This document shows positions 51,258-61,199 of a stretch of DNA of 64,000 bases, piece after piece. The stretch comes from Acidobacteriota bacterium (GTDB taxonomy: Bacteria > Acidobacteriota > UBA6911 > RPQK01 > JAJDTT01), in assembly GCA_965209055.1 (NCBI GenBank), contig OZ242374.1:5088001-5152000 (forward strand). The letters run 5' to 3'. A program made the translations under genes and the position numbers. The notes under the pieces are model-generated. The model did no database searches and was not told where the DNA came from. It was given only the letters and a program-made list of their open reading frames with translations. Every line of letters starts with the position of its first letter. Position 1 is the stretch's first letter.

Positions 51258-53234
51258 TCAAAGATCGAGCTGTTCCCGGACCGTGTCCTTCAGCAATTCG
51301 GCATTGGGAATCAACTCTTTCTCCAAAGCAGGAGAAAACGGAATGGGCGTATGTCGCATTCCCAACGCGACGACGGGAGCGTCCAGCCAGTCGAATGCCG
51401 CTTCGCCGATTTGGCCGGCCAGGCAGGCCGCAAAGGAGCCCTGGCGCGGAGCTTCGTTCAAAACCACCGCCGCGCGCGTCTTTCTGACCGAAGAGACGAT
51501 GGTTTCCAGATCGAGGGGCACGATGGTCCGGGGATCGATCACCTCCAGTTCGACATTCTCCAGCCGGGACAAATCGTCGGCGGCCTTGAGAGCCTCCTGG
51601 ACCATGGCTCCGGTGGCCACCACGGTGACATCGTTTCCGGGCCGGCGGACGACCGCTTCCCCGAAAGGAATCGCATAGTCCATCCGGGGCACCGGACCCT
51701 TGGCCTGATAGAGCAGCTTGTGCTCCAGGAAAAGGACCGGGTTGTCATCCCGGATCGCGGTCTTCAGCAGGCCCTTGGCATCGTAAGGCGTGGCCGGCAT
51801 GACCAACTTCAAACCGGGCACATGGTAGAGCCAGGCCTCCAGGCTCTGGGAATGGGTCGCGCTGCCGCTGCCGCCGGCGCCCGTCGCCGTCCGAATCACC
51901 ACCGGCACCTTGACCTGGCCGCCGGTCATGTAGTGGAGCTTGGCCCCAAGATTCACGATCTGGTCCATGGCCAGGGTCGTGAAGTCCACGTACATCAATT
52001 CCACCACGACCCGATAGCCCCGCACGGCCGCCCCGATCCCCACTCCGGTGAAGGAATTCTCCGAGATCGGCGTATCCCGGACGCGGTCTTTGAACTCGCG
52101 GGCCAGACCGCGCGTGACTCCGAACAACCCTCCCAGGATTTCGACGTCCTCTCCAATGACGATCAGGCCATCGTCACGCTCCATCTCCTCCCGAAGCGCC
52201 TCGTTGAGAGCCTGGGTACAGGTGATGTTGCGGGCGCCTGCCGGTGGCTCCGGCTGCGGTGGAGCATACGCCGGCGCGTAGACGTCCGTGGCGGCTTCTG
52301 ACGGATCCGGCCAATCCGAATCCAACGAAAACCGAAGGGCGCCCGCCACACGAACGCGCACACGATCACGAACGGCCGAATCCTCTTCCTCCGTCAGGAC
52401 TCGCGCCTGATCACGACGGAAAAGGGTGATGGGATCTCGACCCTTCCATTCCTTGACCTCATCCGCCGGCGCCGGATGCAGGGCGGGTGGAAAGACGGTG
52501 GCGTGCGGCTCATAGCGGAAGGTATTGCAGACGATCAGGGACGGGCCCTTGCCGTCCCGGGCCTCCCCCACCGCCCTCTTGGCCGCCTCATGGACGGCGG
52601 CGAAATCGTTCCCGTCGACACTGCACCCGGGAATCCCATAGGAAACGGCCCGGACGGCCAGGTCCTTGACGGAAGTGACGTTCGACGACTTCACCGTCAT
52701 GGCATAGCCGTTGTTCTCGCAGACGAAGACGACGGGAAGCTTCCAGGCCGCGGCGAGATTGAGACCCTCGTGAAACGTCCCCTGGTTGGCGGCTCCGTCG
52801 CCGAAAAAGCAGACGGTGACACGGCTGTCACGTCCCACTTGGCTGGCCAGGCCACTTCCCACCGCAAGGGGGATTCCTCCGCCCACGACACTGACGGCCC
52901 CCAGCATCCCGATCTGGAGATCGATGACGTGCATCTCGCCGCCCTTGCCCTTGCAATACCCGGTGGCCTTGCCGGCAAATTCGGCCATTGAGCGGCGCAG
53001 GTCCGCCCCTTTGGCGATGAGATGGCCATGGCCCCGGTGAGTGCTGGTGATGAAATCGTCCGGCTCCAGGGCTTGGCAGACTCCGACCGCGACCGCCTCC
53101 TGTCCCTGGCAGGTGTGGGCGTGGCGGGGGAAATTGCCGCCCCGAAACTGGCGAGTCACCTCCTCCTCGAACGCCCGAATGACCAGCATGTCTTCGTAGG
53201 CCTTCAGGACCAGTGACCGGTCCATCTCTTCCAT
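51258..53234 (-). CDS. Fused E1 alpha/beta, pyruvate/acetoin dehydrogenase-like
   Basis: GQEA, THRGHGH, GDGAANQG..ENN (alpha); GEDV, DTPISE, HSQ, FLEHK (beta) in one 658-aa ORF. Confidence 0.93.
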   Translation of the reverse strand: MEEMDRSLVLKAYEDMLVIRAFEEEVTRQFRGGNFPRHAHTCQGQEAVAVGVCQALEPDDFITSTHRGHGHLIAKGADLRRSMAEFAGKATGYCKGKGGEMHVIDLQIGMLGAVSVVGGGIPLAVGSGLASQVGRDSRVTVCFFGDGAANQGTFHEGLNLAAAWKLPVVFVCENNGYAMTVKSSNVTSVKDLAVRAVSYGIPGCSVDGNDFAAVHEAAKRAVGEARDGKGPSLIVCNTFRYEPHATVFPPALHPAPADEVKEWKGRDPITLFRRDQARVLTEEEDSAVRDRVRVRVAGALRFSLDSDWPDPSEAATDVYAPAYAPPQPEPPAGARNITCTQALNEALREEMERDDGLIVIGEDVEILGGLFGVTRGLAREFKDRVRDTPISENSFTGVGIGAAVRGYRVVVELMYVDFTTLAMDQIVNLGAKLHYMTGGQVKVPVVIRTATGAGGSGSATHSQSLEAWLYHVPGLKLVMPATPYDAKGLLKTAIRDDNPVLFLEHKLLYQAKGPVPRMDYAIPFGEAVVRRPGNDVTVVATGAMVQEALKAADDLSRLENVELEVIDPRTIVPLDLETIVSSVRKTRAAVVLNEAPRQGSFAACLAGQIGEAAFDWLDAPVVALGMRHTPIPFSPALEKELIPNAELLKDTVREQLDL

Positions 53235-53430
53235 GTCAGGTCAGCTTCCAGTGATCGGTCTGTTGTGGTGTCGAGACAGTGCCCTTTCGGGGCTGGACAT
53301 GGTCCCTGCTGCCCTGAGGAAAAGGATAGCCCAAATGCCCCGAACCGACTACGCATTGTCCGGCGCCGCCTGAACCCGTGGAACCGGCCTCTCCAAGAAC
53401 CCCAGCAGGGAACGATGGAGCGTTGGACTC

Positions 53431-53459
53431 TTGAACCAGTAAACAGTGCAAGTTAGGCT
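53431..53459 (+). promoter_or_regulatory. Putative promoter of the hydantoinase operon
   Basis: TTGAAC-17 bp-TAGGCT in divergent intergenic region. Confidence 0.35.
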
Positions 53460-53557
53460 ACTTTCCCACGGAGAAGACACTTCGGAGGTGACGGTTCCCG
53501 CACGTCCAACTCCAGAGGAACACCCGAAAAGCCGGCACGTCTCCCGATGATTGAAAT

Positions 53558-55651
53558 ATGAGCCACCAACAAGAACAGATTCGGATCGGCGCTGATGTCG
53601 GCGGGACCTTCACGGACGTGATCCTGCTGGACGCCAAGGGCAGAATCTGGAGTCGCAAAGTGCCGTCGACGCCTCCCGATTTCGAGCAGGCGGTCCTGCA
53701 CGCCAGCGAGAGTCTATTGCGCCAGAGCAAAACCGGCGGTCCTGCGGTGAGGCAGGTCGCCCACGGAACCACCGTGGCCACCAACGCCGTCCTGGAACAT
53801 CGGGGCGCCAAGACGGCCCTGATCACCACCAAGGGCTTCCGGGACGTCCTCGAGCTGCGCCGCATTCGGGCTCCCCAGATCTACGACGTGTTCTTCGACA
53901 AACCGGAAATTCTGGTCGAACGCTATCTGCGTTTCGAAATCGACGAACGGATCGCGGCTGACGGCGCCGTCCTGACGCCACTGGACGAAGCCGATCTCTG
54001 GCGCGTCAAGGAGCGGCTGGAAGCCGAGGCGGTGGAGTCCATCGCCGTCTGTTTCCTGCATTCCTACGCCTTTCCGCAGCACGAGGTTGCCGTGGGCCGG
54101 TTCCTGCGCCGGCACTTTCCCGACACGCCCGTGTCCCTTTCCCACGAGGTTCTGCCGGAGCGCAAGGAGTACGAACGGACGGCAACCACAGTGGTCAACG
54201 CTTACGTGCGGCCCATCATGCACGTCTACCTGAATGCCCTGCGCCACGGACTCAACGATCTGGAGATCGACGCGCCGCTGCACATCATGCAGTCGGCGGG
54301 CGGATTGACGCCGGACGACAATGCGGCGCGGCGGCCCGTCTTCGTCCTGGAATCGGGTCCGGCGGCCGGAGTCCTGGCCGCGGGATTCACCGCCCGCCGT
54401 CTCGGGATCGGCAACGTCATCACCCTGGACATGGGGGGAACCACGGCCAAGGCCTCAATGATCGAAGGCGGGAAGATCGACTACAGTCCGGAATACGAGG
54501 TCGGCTCCTCATTGTCGGTCGTCAGCCGGCTGGTGGGGGGCGGGGGAGAATTGATTCGGGCGCCCAGCATCGACATTGCCGAGGTGGGAGCCGGCGGCGG
54601 AAGCATTGCCTACCTGGACCGGGCCGGAGGCCTTCGCGTCGGTCCGCGCAGCGCCGGAGCCGTGCCCGGCCCCGTCTGCTACCAGCGGGGTGGCCAGGCG
54701 CCCACCCTGACGGACGCCAACGTGGTCCTGGGCTACATCCGGCCCGGCGACCTGGCGGACGGCCAGGTCAGCATCGACCGCGAATCCGCCGAGAGAGCGA
54801 TCACGGACATGATCGCAACACCCTTGGGCCTGGATCTCATCCAGGCGGCCGAAGGCATCCACCGCATCGGAAATGCCCGCACCATGCGGGCCTTGCGGGC
54901 CGTCTCCACCGAACGAGGCCGCGACCCGAGAAGTTTCGTGTTGATGGCGTTCGGGGGGTCGGGACCGATCCATGCTGCGGGGTTGGCGCGTGAACTGGGC
55001 ATCAGTCGGGTGATCGTTCCTGCGTTGCCGGGCCTTTTCAGCGCCTTGGGGCTCCTCTTCTCCGGAATCGAGCACCACGACGTTCGGAGTTGTCTGCTTT
55101 CGGGTCCGGATTTGACGGCGGCGGCGCTGCGCAACGTGCGAGACGAGATGCGCCGGAACATGCTGGCGCAGTTCAAGGCCGAGGGCTTCCCCGCCGAACA
55201 GGTCCGGCTGTCGGCTGCCTGCGACGTGCGCTTCAAGGGACAGACCTCCGAGATCCGCTTGGAGATCACCGCGGACCGGATCGGAGACCAGACCGTCCAG
55301 GATCTGTGCAGCGATTTCGTGGCGGAGCACGAGAAACTCTACGGACATCGTTCCGACCCTGACAACCCCATCGAGGTGGTGGCCGTCCGCTTGATCGGCC
55401 GGGCCGGGGAACCGCGCCAGGAGGGGGCCTTGAAGCCCGCCGAGTACCTGGGCACCCGGGCGCCCAGCCGCAGGGCCTGTTTTTCCGGAAACGTCATGGA
55501 CACCCCCGTTGTGGGCCGAAGCGACCTGAAAGACCCCCGGAATGGTCCCCTGTTGATCGACGAATACGATTCCACCATCGTCGTGCCGCCCGACGCGCGC
55601 GCCTCGCTGGACCCGCAGGGAAATCTGAACCTGGAGTTCACCGATGGCTGA
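53558..55651 (+). CDS. Hydantoinase A / 5-oxoprolinase-like subunit
   Basis: DVGGTFTD, HGTTVATN, ESGPAAG, DMGGTT, GAGGGS, TLTDAN. Confidence 0.95.
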   Translation: MSHQQEQIRIGADVGGTFTDVILLDAKGRIWSRKVPSTPPDFEQAVLHASESLLRQSKTGGPAVRQVAHGTTVATNAVLEHRGAKTALITTKGFRDVLELRRIRAPQIYDVFFDKPEILVERYLRFEIDERIAADGAVLTPLDEADLWRVKERLEAEAVESIAVCFLHSYAFPQHEVAVGRFLRRHFPDTPVSLSHEVLPERKEYERTATTVVNAYVRPIMHVYLNALRHGLNDLEIDAPLHIMQSAGGLTPDDNAARRPVFVLESGPAAGVLAAGFTARRLGIGNVITLDMGGTTAKASMIEGGKIDYSPEYEVGSSLSVVSRLVGGGGELIRAPSIDIAEVGAGGGSIAYLDRAGGLRVGPRSAGAVPGPVCYQRGGQAPTLTDANVVLGYIRPGDLADGQVSIDRESAERAITDMIATPLGLDLIQAAEGIHRIGNARTMRALRAVSTERGRDPRSFVLMAFGGSGPIHAAGLARELGISRVIVPALPGLFSALGLLFSGIEHHDVRSCLLSGPDLTAAALRNVRDEMRRNMLAQFKAEGFPAEQVRLSAACDVRFKGQTSEIRLEITADRIGDQTVQDLCSDFVAEHEKLYGHRSDPDNPIEVVAVRLIGRAGEPRQEGALKPAEYLGTRAPSRRACFSGNVMDTPVVGRSDLKDPRNGPLLIDEYDSTIVVPPDARASLDPQGNLNLEFTDG

Positions 55652-57389
55652 AATCGATCCCATTACTCGTGAGATCATCCAGAACGCCCTCTCGTCTGCC
55701 GCCGACGAGATGTCTCTGGCGCTCTATCGCACGGCGTACTCCACCATCGTCCGGGACTGTCTCGACTATTCCACCTCGCTGTGCAACGCCCAGGGCGAGA
55801 TGATCGCGCAAGGCGTCACGATTCCCCTCCATCTGGGATCGGTTCCTCACGCCATGGAGACGCTGTTGGAAAAGTACGGTGACGACATGGAGCCGGAGGA
55901 CGTTTTCATCATGAACGATCCTTTCGGCGGCGGAATGCACATCCCCGACATCTACGTCGTCAAACCGATATTCATCGAGGGCCGTCTGGTCTCCTTCGCC
56001 GTCAGCACGGCCCACCACCTGGATCTGGGCGGACGCCTGCCCGGAAGCTCGGCTTGTGACAACACGGAGATATTCCAGGAGGGATTCCGCATCCCGTGGC
56101 TCAAGCTCTTCCACCGTGGGGAACCGGACGTGTCGATCTTCGAGTTGATGCGAACCAACGTCCGGGTTCCCGAACAGACCATCGGCGATCTCCGGGCGCA
56201 GGTCGCCGCCTGCAATATCGGCGCCCGCGCGGTCCAGGCCCTCGTGGAGCGGCACGGCCCTCAGACCTTTGCCGACTGCGCCGACGATCTCATCGCATAC
56301 ACCGAGCGTCTCATGCGGGCCGAGATCGCCACTTGGCCCGACGGCAGCAACACCTTTACCGACTACATGGACAGCGACGGGGTCGACGGGCCGAGGGTGC
56401 GCATACAGGTGAAGATCACTGTCGAAGGCGATTCCCTGACCGCCGACTTCACCGGCACCGATCCGCAGGTCCGGGGTGCGCTCAACAGCACGCTCTCCTT
56501 CACCGAAGGCGCCGTCGCCGTCTGTGTCCGTTGCGCCATGCGGGAGGAGGTGCCCAATACCGCCGGCATGTTCAGACCCCTGAGCATCATCACCGAGCCC
56601 GGCACCGTGGTCGACGTCGTGATGCCCGGGGCCTCCTCCATGCGCGGCGTGACCGGGTTTCGCATGGTCGATACCATCTTCGGCGCGCTGGCCGGCCTGC
56701 TGCCCGATCGGATCCTGGCGGCCGGCGAAGGGGGTAACACCTTGGTGGTGATCGGAGGTTTGCGAAAGGACCGCTCGCCCTATGTCTACTACGAACTGAT
56801 GACCGGGACCTGGGGCGGCCGCCCCGACCGGGACGGCAACGACGGCCTTTGCAATCCCATCAACGTCGCCAGCAACATCCCCGTGGAGCACGCCGAAACC
56901 GAGTACCCGCTCCGGATCCGGCGTTACGGTTTGGTGGGAGACTCGGGAGGCGCCGGAAAGTACCGGGGCGGCCTGGCCGTCGAACGGGAATGGGAGTTGC
57001 TGGAGGGCGAAACCCATCTGGCCATCCGTTCCGACCGGCGCGACCACCTTCCCTATGGACTCTATTCGGGGAAACCTGGAACCGGTTCTCTCACCATTTT
57101 GACCCGGGATGAGGACCAGGAAGTGCTCCCCGTCATGATCTCCAGCACGCTGAAGGAAGGCGACGTCCTCTACCATCGGCAACCCGGGGGCGGCGGCTGG
57201 GGCGAACCCCTCGATCGGCCTCCTCTGACCGTTCAGCGGGACGTCAAGAACGAGAAAGTGTCGGTCCAGGCGGCTCGCAATGAATACGGCGTGGTTCTCG
57301 GCGACGATCTGGCACTGGACCACGAGGCCACGGAAGTCCGGCGTCAGCAGCTCCGCCATGAGCCGGTAGCTGCGGGGCACGAAGTATGA
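55644..57389 (+). CDS. Hydantoinase B / 5-oxoprolinase-like subunit
   Basis: NDPFGGGMHIPD, HHLDLGG, DSGGAGKYRGG, PGGGGWG. Confidence 0.95.
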   Translation: MAEIDPITREIIQNALSSAADEMSLALYRTAYSTIVRDCLDYSTSLCNAQGEMIAQGVTIPLHLGSVPHAMETLLEKYGDDMEPEDVFIMNDPFGGGMHIPDIYVVKPIFIEGRLVSFAVSTAHHLDLGGRLPGSSACDNTEIFQEGFRIPWLKLFHRGEPDVSIFELMRTNVRVPEQTIGDLRAQVAACNIGARAVQALVERHGPQTFADCADDLIAYTERLMRAEIATWPDGSNTFTDYMDSDGVDGPRVRIQVKITVEGDSLTADFTGTDPQVRGALNSTLSFTEGAVAVCVRCAMREEVPNTAGMFRPLSIITEPGTVVDVVMPGASSMRGVTGFRMVDTIFGALAGLLPDRILAAGEGGNTLVVIGGLRKDRSPYVYYELMTGTWGGRPDRDGNDGLCNPINVASNIPVEHAETEYPLRIRRYGLVGDSGGAGKYRGGLAVEREWELLEGETHLAIRSDRRDHLPYGLYSGKPGTGSLTILTRDEDQEVLPVMISSTLKEGDVLYHRQPGGGGWGEPLDRPPLTVQRDVKNEKVSVQAARNEYGVVLGDDLALDHEATEVRRQQLRHEPVAAGHEV

Positions 57390-57482
57390 CGCGGCAAACC
57401 ACCGGCTCCATCGCCCAGCGGCGCGGTCTCGGCAACCGCCGATAGACGCATTCCGGCCACCAGTCCGCAGGTTGGGAGACCA

Positions 57483-58628
57483 ATGAAGATTCGAGATATC
57501 CGCCTCCTCCCGCTTCGCGGTGAAACTCCCGACGGCGGTTGGGATGACAAGTTCTCCGATCTCGAGAACAACCTGCACACGCTGGTCGAGGTCGTCACCG
57601 ATGAAGGCGTCACCGGAGTGGGCAGCGTGTTCACCTCGGAACGGCTGATCCGGGGCGCCATCGACGTGATGCGGCCCTTCCTCATCGGCGCCTCCGCTCT
57701 GGACCCGACGGTGACGACCGAAATCTGCCACCAGCAGACCTTCTGGCAGGGCCGCGGCGGGTCCGTCACCCATGCTATTTCGGGTATCGACATCGCTCTT
57801 TGGGACATTCTCGGGAAGGTCACCGGCCAACCCGTCAGCCGGCTGCTGGGAGGCCGCTACCGGGAAAAGATCAAACCGTACGGGTCCCTGCTGATGGATG
57901 AACCCGGAATTCTGCGAGCCTCATTGGAAGACGGGCTCAACCGGGGATTCCGCGCCTTCAAGATCGGTTGGGGTCCGTTCGGCCGCCGCGACCGGAAGAC
58001 CGACGAGGCCATCGTCAAGGCTGCGCGCGAAACGGTGGGGGCTGAGGTCGAATTGATGGTGGACGCCGGAGGGTCGGACGCCTTCTGGCCCCACGGCTAC
58101 AAGTGGGGGCTGCAGACCTCGCGGATGCTCTCCGACTACGAAATCGCCTGGTTCGAGGAACCGTTGCGCCCGGATGATCTCGACGGATACGTAAAACTGA
58201 CCGGAAATGCGCCGCTGCCCATTTCCGGCTGCGAGGTCTTCACCCGGCGGCAGTCATTCATCGAGTGGATCGAACGGCGAGCTGTGGACTACATCCAGCC
58301 CGACGTCACCAAAGTCGGAGGGATCAGCGAGGAATTCCGGATCGCCCAATACGCGGACGACCACTCGATCCGTTTCGTCCCTCACGGCTGGAATACGGCC
58401 GTCGGGCTGGCCGCCGACCTTCAACTCGTCGCGGCGGTCCCGTGTGCGCGCTGGGTCGAATACATCACGCCGGCACCCTACATCGAAGACCTGCTGGCGG
58501 TTCCGATTCATCCCGATGAAGACGGTCTGATTCCGATTCCGGACGGTCCGGGACTCGGCCTGGAGTGGAACCCGGACGGCATTGCCCGGTTTACCGGGGG
58601 AATGAAGTTGACGCCTTCTTCGATTTAG
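57483..58628 (+). CDS. Mandelate racemase-subgroup enolase-superfamily enzyme
   Basis: SGIDIALWDI.GK, VDAG, FEEP, GCE, QPD, PHGW. Confidence 0.93.
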   Translation: MKIRDIRLLPLRGETPDGGWDDKFSDLENNLHTLVEVVTDEGVTGVGSVFTSERLIRGAIDVMRPFLIGASALDPTVTTEICHQQTFWQGRGGSVTHAISGIDIALWDILGKVTGQPVSRLLGGRYREKIKPYGSLLMDEPGILRASLEDGLNRGFRAFKIGWGPFGRRDRKTDEAIVKAARETVGAEVELMVDAGGSDAFWPHGYKWGLQTSRMLSDYEIAWFEEPLRPDDLDGYVKLTGNAPLPISGCEVFTRRQSFIEWIERRAVDYIQPDVTKVGGISEEFRIAQYADDHSIRFVPHGWNTAVGLAADLQLVAAVPCARWVEYITPAPYIEDLLAVPIHPDEDGLIPIPDGPGLGLEWNPDGIARFTGGMKLTPSSI

Positions 58629-59530
58629 TGAAGCGCCGCCACGCCACCCTCAAGCTGGTGGAGCGTCTGGACTTCTTCGTCGCTGAGGGCTTTGTCAAAC
58701 ACCGCCAACTCATCGAACAGGCCGACGTAGTTGATTCCCAGCCGGATCGTGCTGCCGGAAAGATCCCAGGTGAACGGTTCGCGAATCCCTTCCGCAGCGC
58801 CCTGGTATTCCGCATCGAGATAGAGGCGTGCCGTGCCGCCGGCAGAGCTGTTCAGGCCAGCGTAGGCGATCACAACGTGGGTCCAACTGCCGCGCTTGAA
58901 TGGAGGACTCGCGACCGCGACGAGTCGGTTTGTGAAGTCGGGATTGTCATTGGGAGAGATTTTCTCGGGATTCCAAACCTCGAGATCTCCGAAGACCCCG
59001 AGCCTGAATTCCCGCGGCGGGTCCTTGCTGAAATCCACCCAGATGGCGGCGTCGTTGTAGGCGATGTCCGTCACCTGGATGGGATCGCAATAGCCGGGCT
59101 CCAGATCTTCGTCGGGATCCAGATTGAGCCAGAAGGAGATCGTGCCGGCCCAGTCTTCGGTCGAGTAATCCAGGTTCTTCTCCGTCCTGTAGAAAAGGGC
59201 GCGTTTGGTGCTCCGGCTGAATTTGAGCGCGCTTCCGATGCGGCCGGCGTTGTCTTCGATAGTGACGTCCGGGTCATTGATGCCCGGCGACGCTTGATCG
59301 AGCTGGTCGTATTTGGGCGCGGTGTAGATCTGCGCATCGCCACGGGAGAAATCGGCGGCGGATCCGTGGTCAAAGGAGGCGTGAAAGCTGAGGGCTGAGC
59401 GCAGACCGTCCGGCGGCGGCGACTGCTCTTTCGTCACCTCGGCTTGGTCCGAAACAGAACAACCTGCGGTCCCGATGACGAGCAGGAGTCCGGAAAGATA
59501 CCCTCTGAGACCGGTGAGTCGATCCAGCAT
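58625..59530 (-). CDS. LamG-like jellyroll lipoprotein
   Basis: Lipobox TAGC; TISFW, WTHVV, FDELAVFDKALS. Confidence 0.85.
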   Translation of the reverse strand: MLDRLTGLRGYLSGLLLVIGTAGCSVSDQAEVTKEQSPPPDGLRSALSFHASFDHGSAADFSRGDAQIYTAPKYDQLDQASPGINDPDVTIEDNAGRIGSALKFSRSTKRALFYRTEKNLDYSTEDWAGTISFWLNLDPDEDLEPGYCDPIQVTDIAYNDAAIWVDFSKDPPREFRLGVFGDLEVWNPEKISPNDNPDFTNRLVAVASPPFKRGSWTHVVIAYAGLNSSAGGTARLYLDAEYQGAAEGIREPFTWDLSGSTIRLGINYVGLFDELAVFDKALSDEEVQTLHQLEGGVAALH

Positions 59531-59574
59531 GATTCTATCTCCTCCAGGAAACAATCTGTCCGGTGGGACGACAG

Positions 59575-61029
59575 TTACTCGCCCCTTTTTCCCTCCCGAG
59601 TCGGCGACAGGAAAGTCGCCGCCCCTGTCTCCAGCCGCTTGCCGACGACGAGGACCAGGGTGGACACCAACACGCCGATCAGCACCGGATCGAGGGCCCA
59701 GACGAAGAAGCTGGCGCCCGCCTTCAACTCCCGGGGTGTGACGGCCTGTGAGACGATGACCACCACCGCACTGACCGCCAACGCAGCCAGCACCGTCCGG
59801 GATTTCTTGCGCATGGACGGGAAGAGCAGTACGGCGATCAGGACCGGCGACAGCGAGCCCGCCACCAGCCGGCCCCCGGCAAAGAACAGCTCCAGCAGAA
59901 GCGGTATGTAGTAGTAGGTGACGCACGCCAGAACGGCCGTCAGCAAGATGCTCAAACGGGACACCAGGAGCATCCGAGACGCGCCGGCCTTGGGATCGAT
60001 GAACCTCTGGTAGATGTCCACGGTCACGTTCGACCCCATGGTCCCGATGGTGGAGCTCAAGGTCGACATGTTGGCGCTCAGGATGGCGATGAAAATGATG
60101 CTTCCCAGATAGGGCCCGGCCATCTGACCAGAGAGGTTCAAGAAGACCTGATCGGCTTCGACCTCCTTGCCGAAGAAAGCGATCCCGGCAACCCCCAGCA
60201 ACGCCGGGATGATGTACCACAGGATGGTCAGGAACCCGCCATAGATGAACCCCCGGCGCGCCACCCCGGCGCTGGATGCGGAAAAGGCCCTCTGCGCCAG
60301 GCTCTGGTACCCGCAGGCCAGGAAGAAGCCCATGGAGAACCAGCCCAGGATCTCCAGCGCCTCGAAGTTCCCGGTGAAGGAGAAGAGCGCCGGCTCGTCG
60401 ACCTTCTCCACCATGGCCCCGAGACCGCCCAGATTCACGATGGACAGGACCAGAAGCAGGACCGTCCCCAGCACGATGATGAAAAACTGGATCGTGTCGG
60501 TGAGCAGAACCGCCCACATCCCCCCCAGCGCCACGTAGAGGACGGTGATGAAATAGGTCAGGACCAGGGCGGTGAAGATGCTGATGTCGAGCGCCGACGA
60601 CGTCACGATCGCCGTAGCCCCGATGGTCCCCGCCGTGGCGCCGAAATCCCGCAGCATCGCCACCCCCAGCGCCACCAGGCGATGGGTCGGACCGAAGAAC
60701 CGCTCCAGAATCTGGGGAGTGGTGATGACCCGGAGCTTCCACATCCGGGGAATGAGGAAGATCCCGATCCACAGGGTTCCGATTCCCACGGCGCTGGTAT
60801 GCCAATAGGAGCTGAGGCCGAAGCTCTTCCCGAAACCGGTGATGGTGATGAGGGTGACGCCGTTGATCCAGGTCGCCGCCACCGAACAGCCGATGAGCCA
60901 GGGGCCCACGCTCCGACCGGCGACGGTCATGTCCTCATAGGTCGTAACGCGCCGCTTGGCGCTCCAGACGCCGATCCCGACCACGACGATCAGATAGAGG
61001 GCGACCAAGGGCCAAAGGATCTCGTTCAT
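59575..61029 (-). CDS. Sodium:solute symporter (SSS family)
   Basis: VAGRS, ATW, GGMWAVLLTDTIQ, QR, SANMST; ~13 TMs. Confidence 0.93.
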   Translation of the reverse strand: MNEILWPLVALYLIVVVGIGVWSAKRRVTTYEDMTVAGRSVGPWLIGCSVAATWINGVTLITITGFGKSFGLSSYWHTSAVGIGTLWIGIFLIPRMWKLRVITTPQILERFFGPTHRLVALGVAMLRDFGATAGTIGATAIVTSSALDISIFTALVLTYFITVLYVALGGMWAVLLTDTIQFFIIVLGTVLLLVLSIVNLGGLGAMVEKVDEPALFSFTGNFEALEILGWFSMGFFLACGYQSLAQRAFSASSAGVARRGFIYGGFLTILWYIIPALLGVAGIAFFGKEVEADQVFLNLSGQMAGPYLGSIIFIAILSANMSTLSSTIGTMGSNVTVDIYQRFIDPKAGASRMLLVSRLSILLTAVLACVTYYYIPLLLELFFAGGRLVAGSLSPVLIAVLLFPSMRKKSRTVLAALAVSAVVVIVSQAVTPRELKAGASFFVWALDPVLIGVLVSTLVLVVGKRLETGAATFLSPTREGKRGE

Positions 61030-61190
61030 GGAGAAACCAGGCGGAACAGGAGAATCCAGAAGATATAGAAGACGCCCGCTGCGAGGAAAATGAGGACGAA
61101 TCCGACGGCGGCACGCTGCCAGGAGGGCTCGTTCCGATCCAGTTGCGCCAGGTTCAGCGGAGCGTCGCCTTGGGGGCCGTGTTTGTCCAT
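61026..61190 (-). CDS. 54-aa single-TM protein, probable symporter accessory subunit
   Basis: MDKHGPQGDAPLNLAQLDRNEPSWQRAAVGFVLIFLAAGVFYIFWILLFRLVSP; stop overlaps SSS start (ATGA). Confidence 0.75.
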   Translation of the reverse strand: MDKHGPQGDAPLNLAQLDRNEPSWQRAAVGFVLIFLAAGVFYIFWILLFRLVSP

Positions 61191-61199
61191 GCGTCGAAC

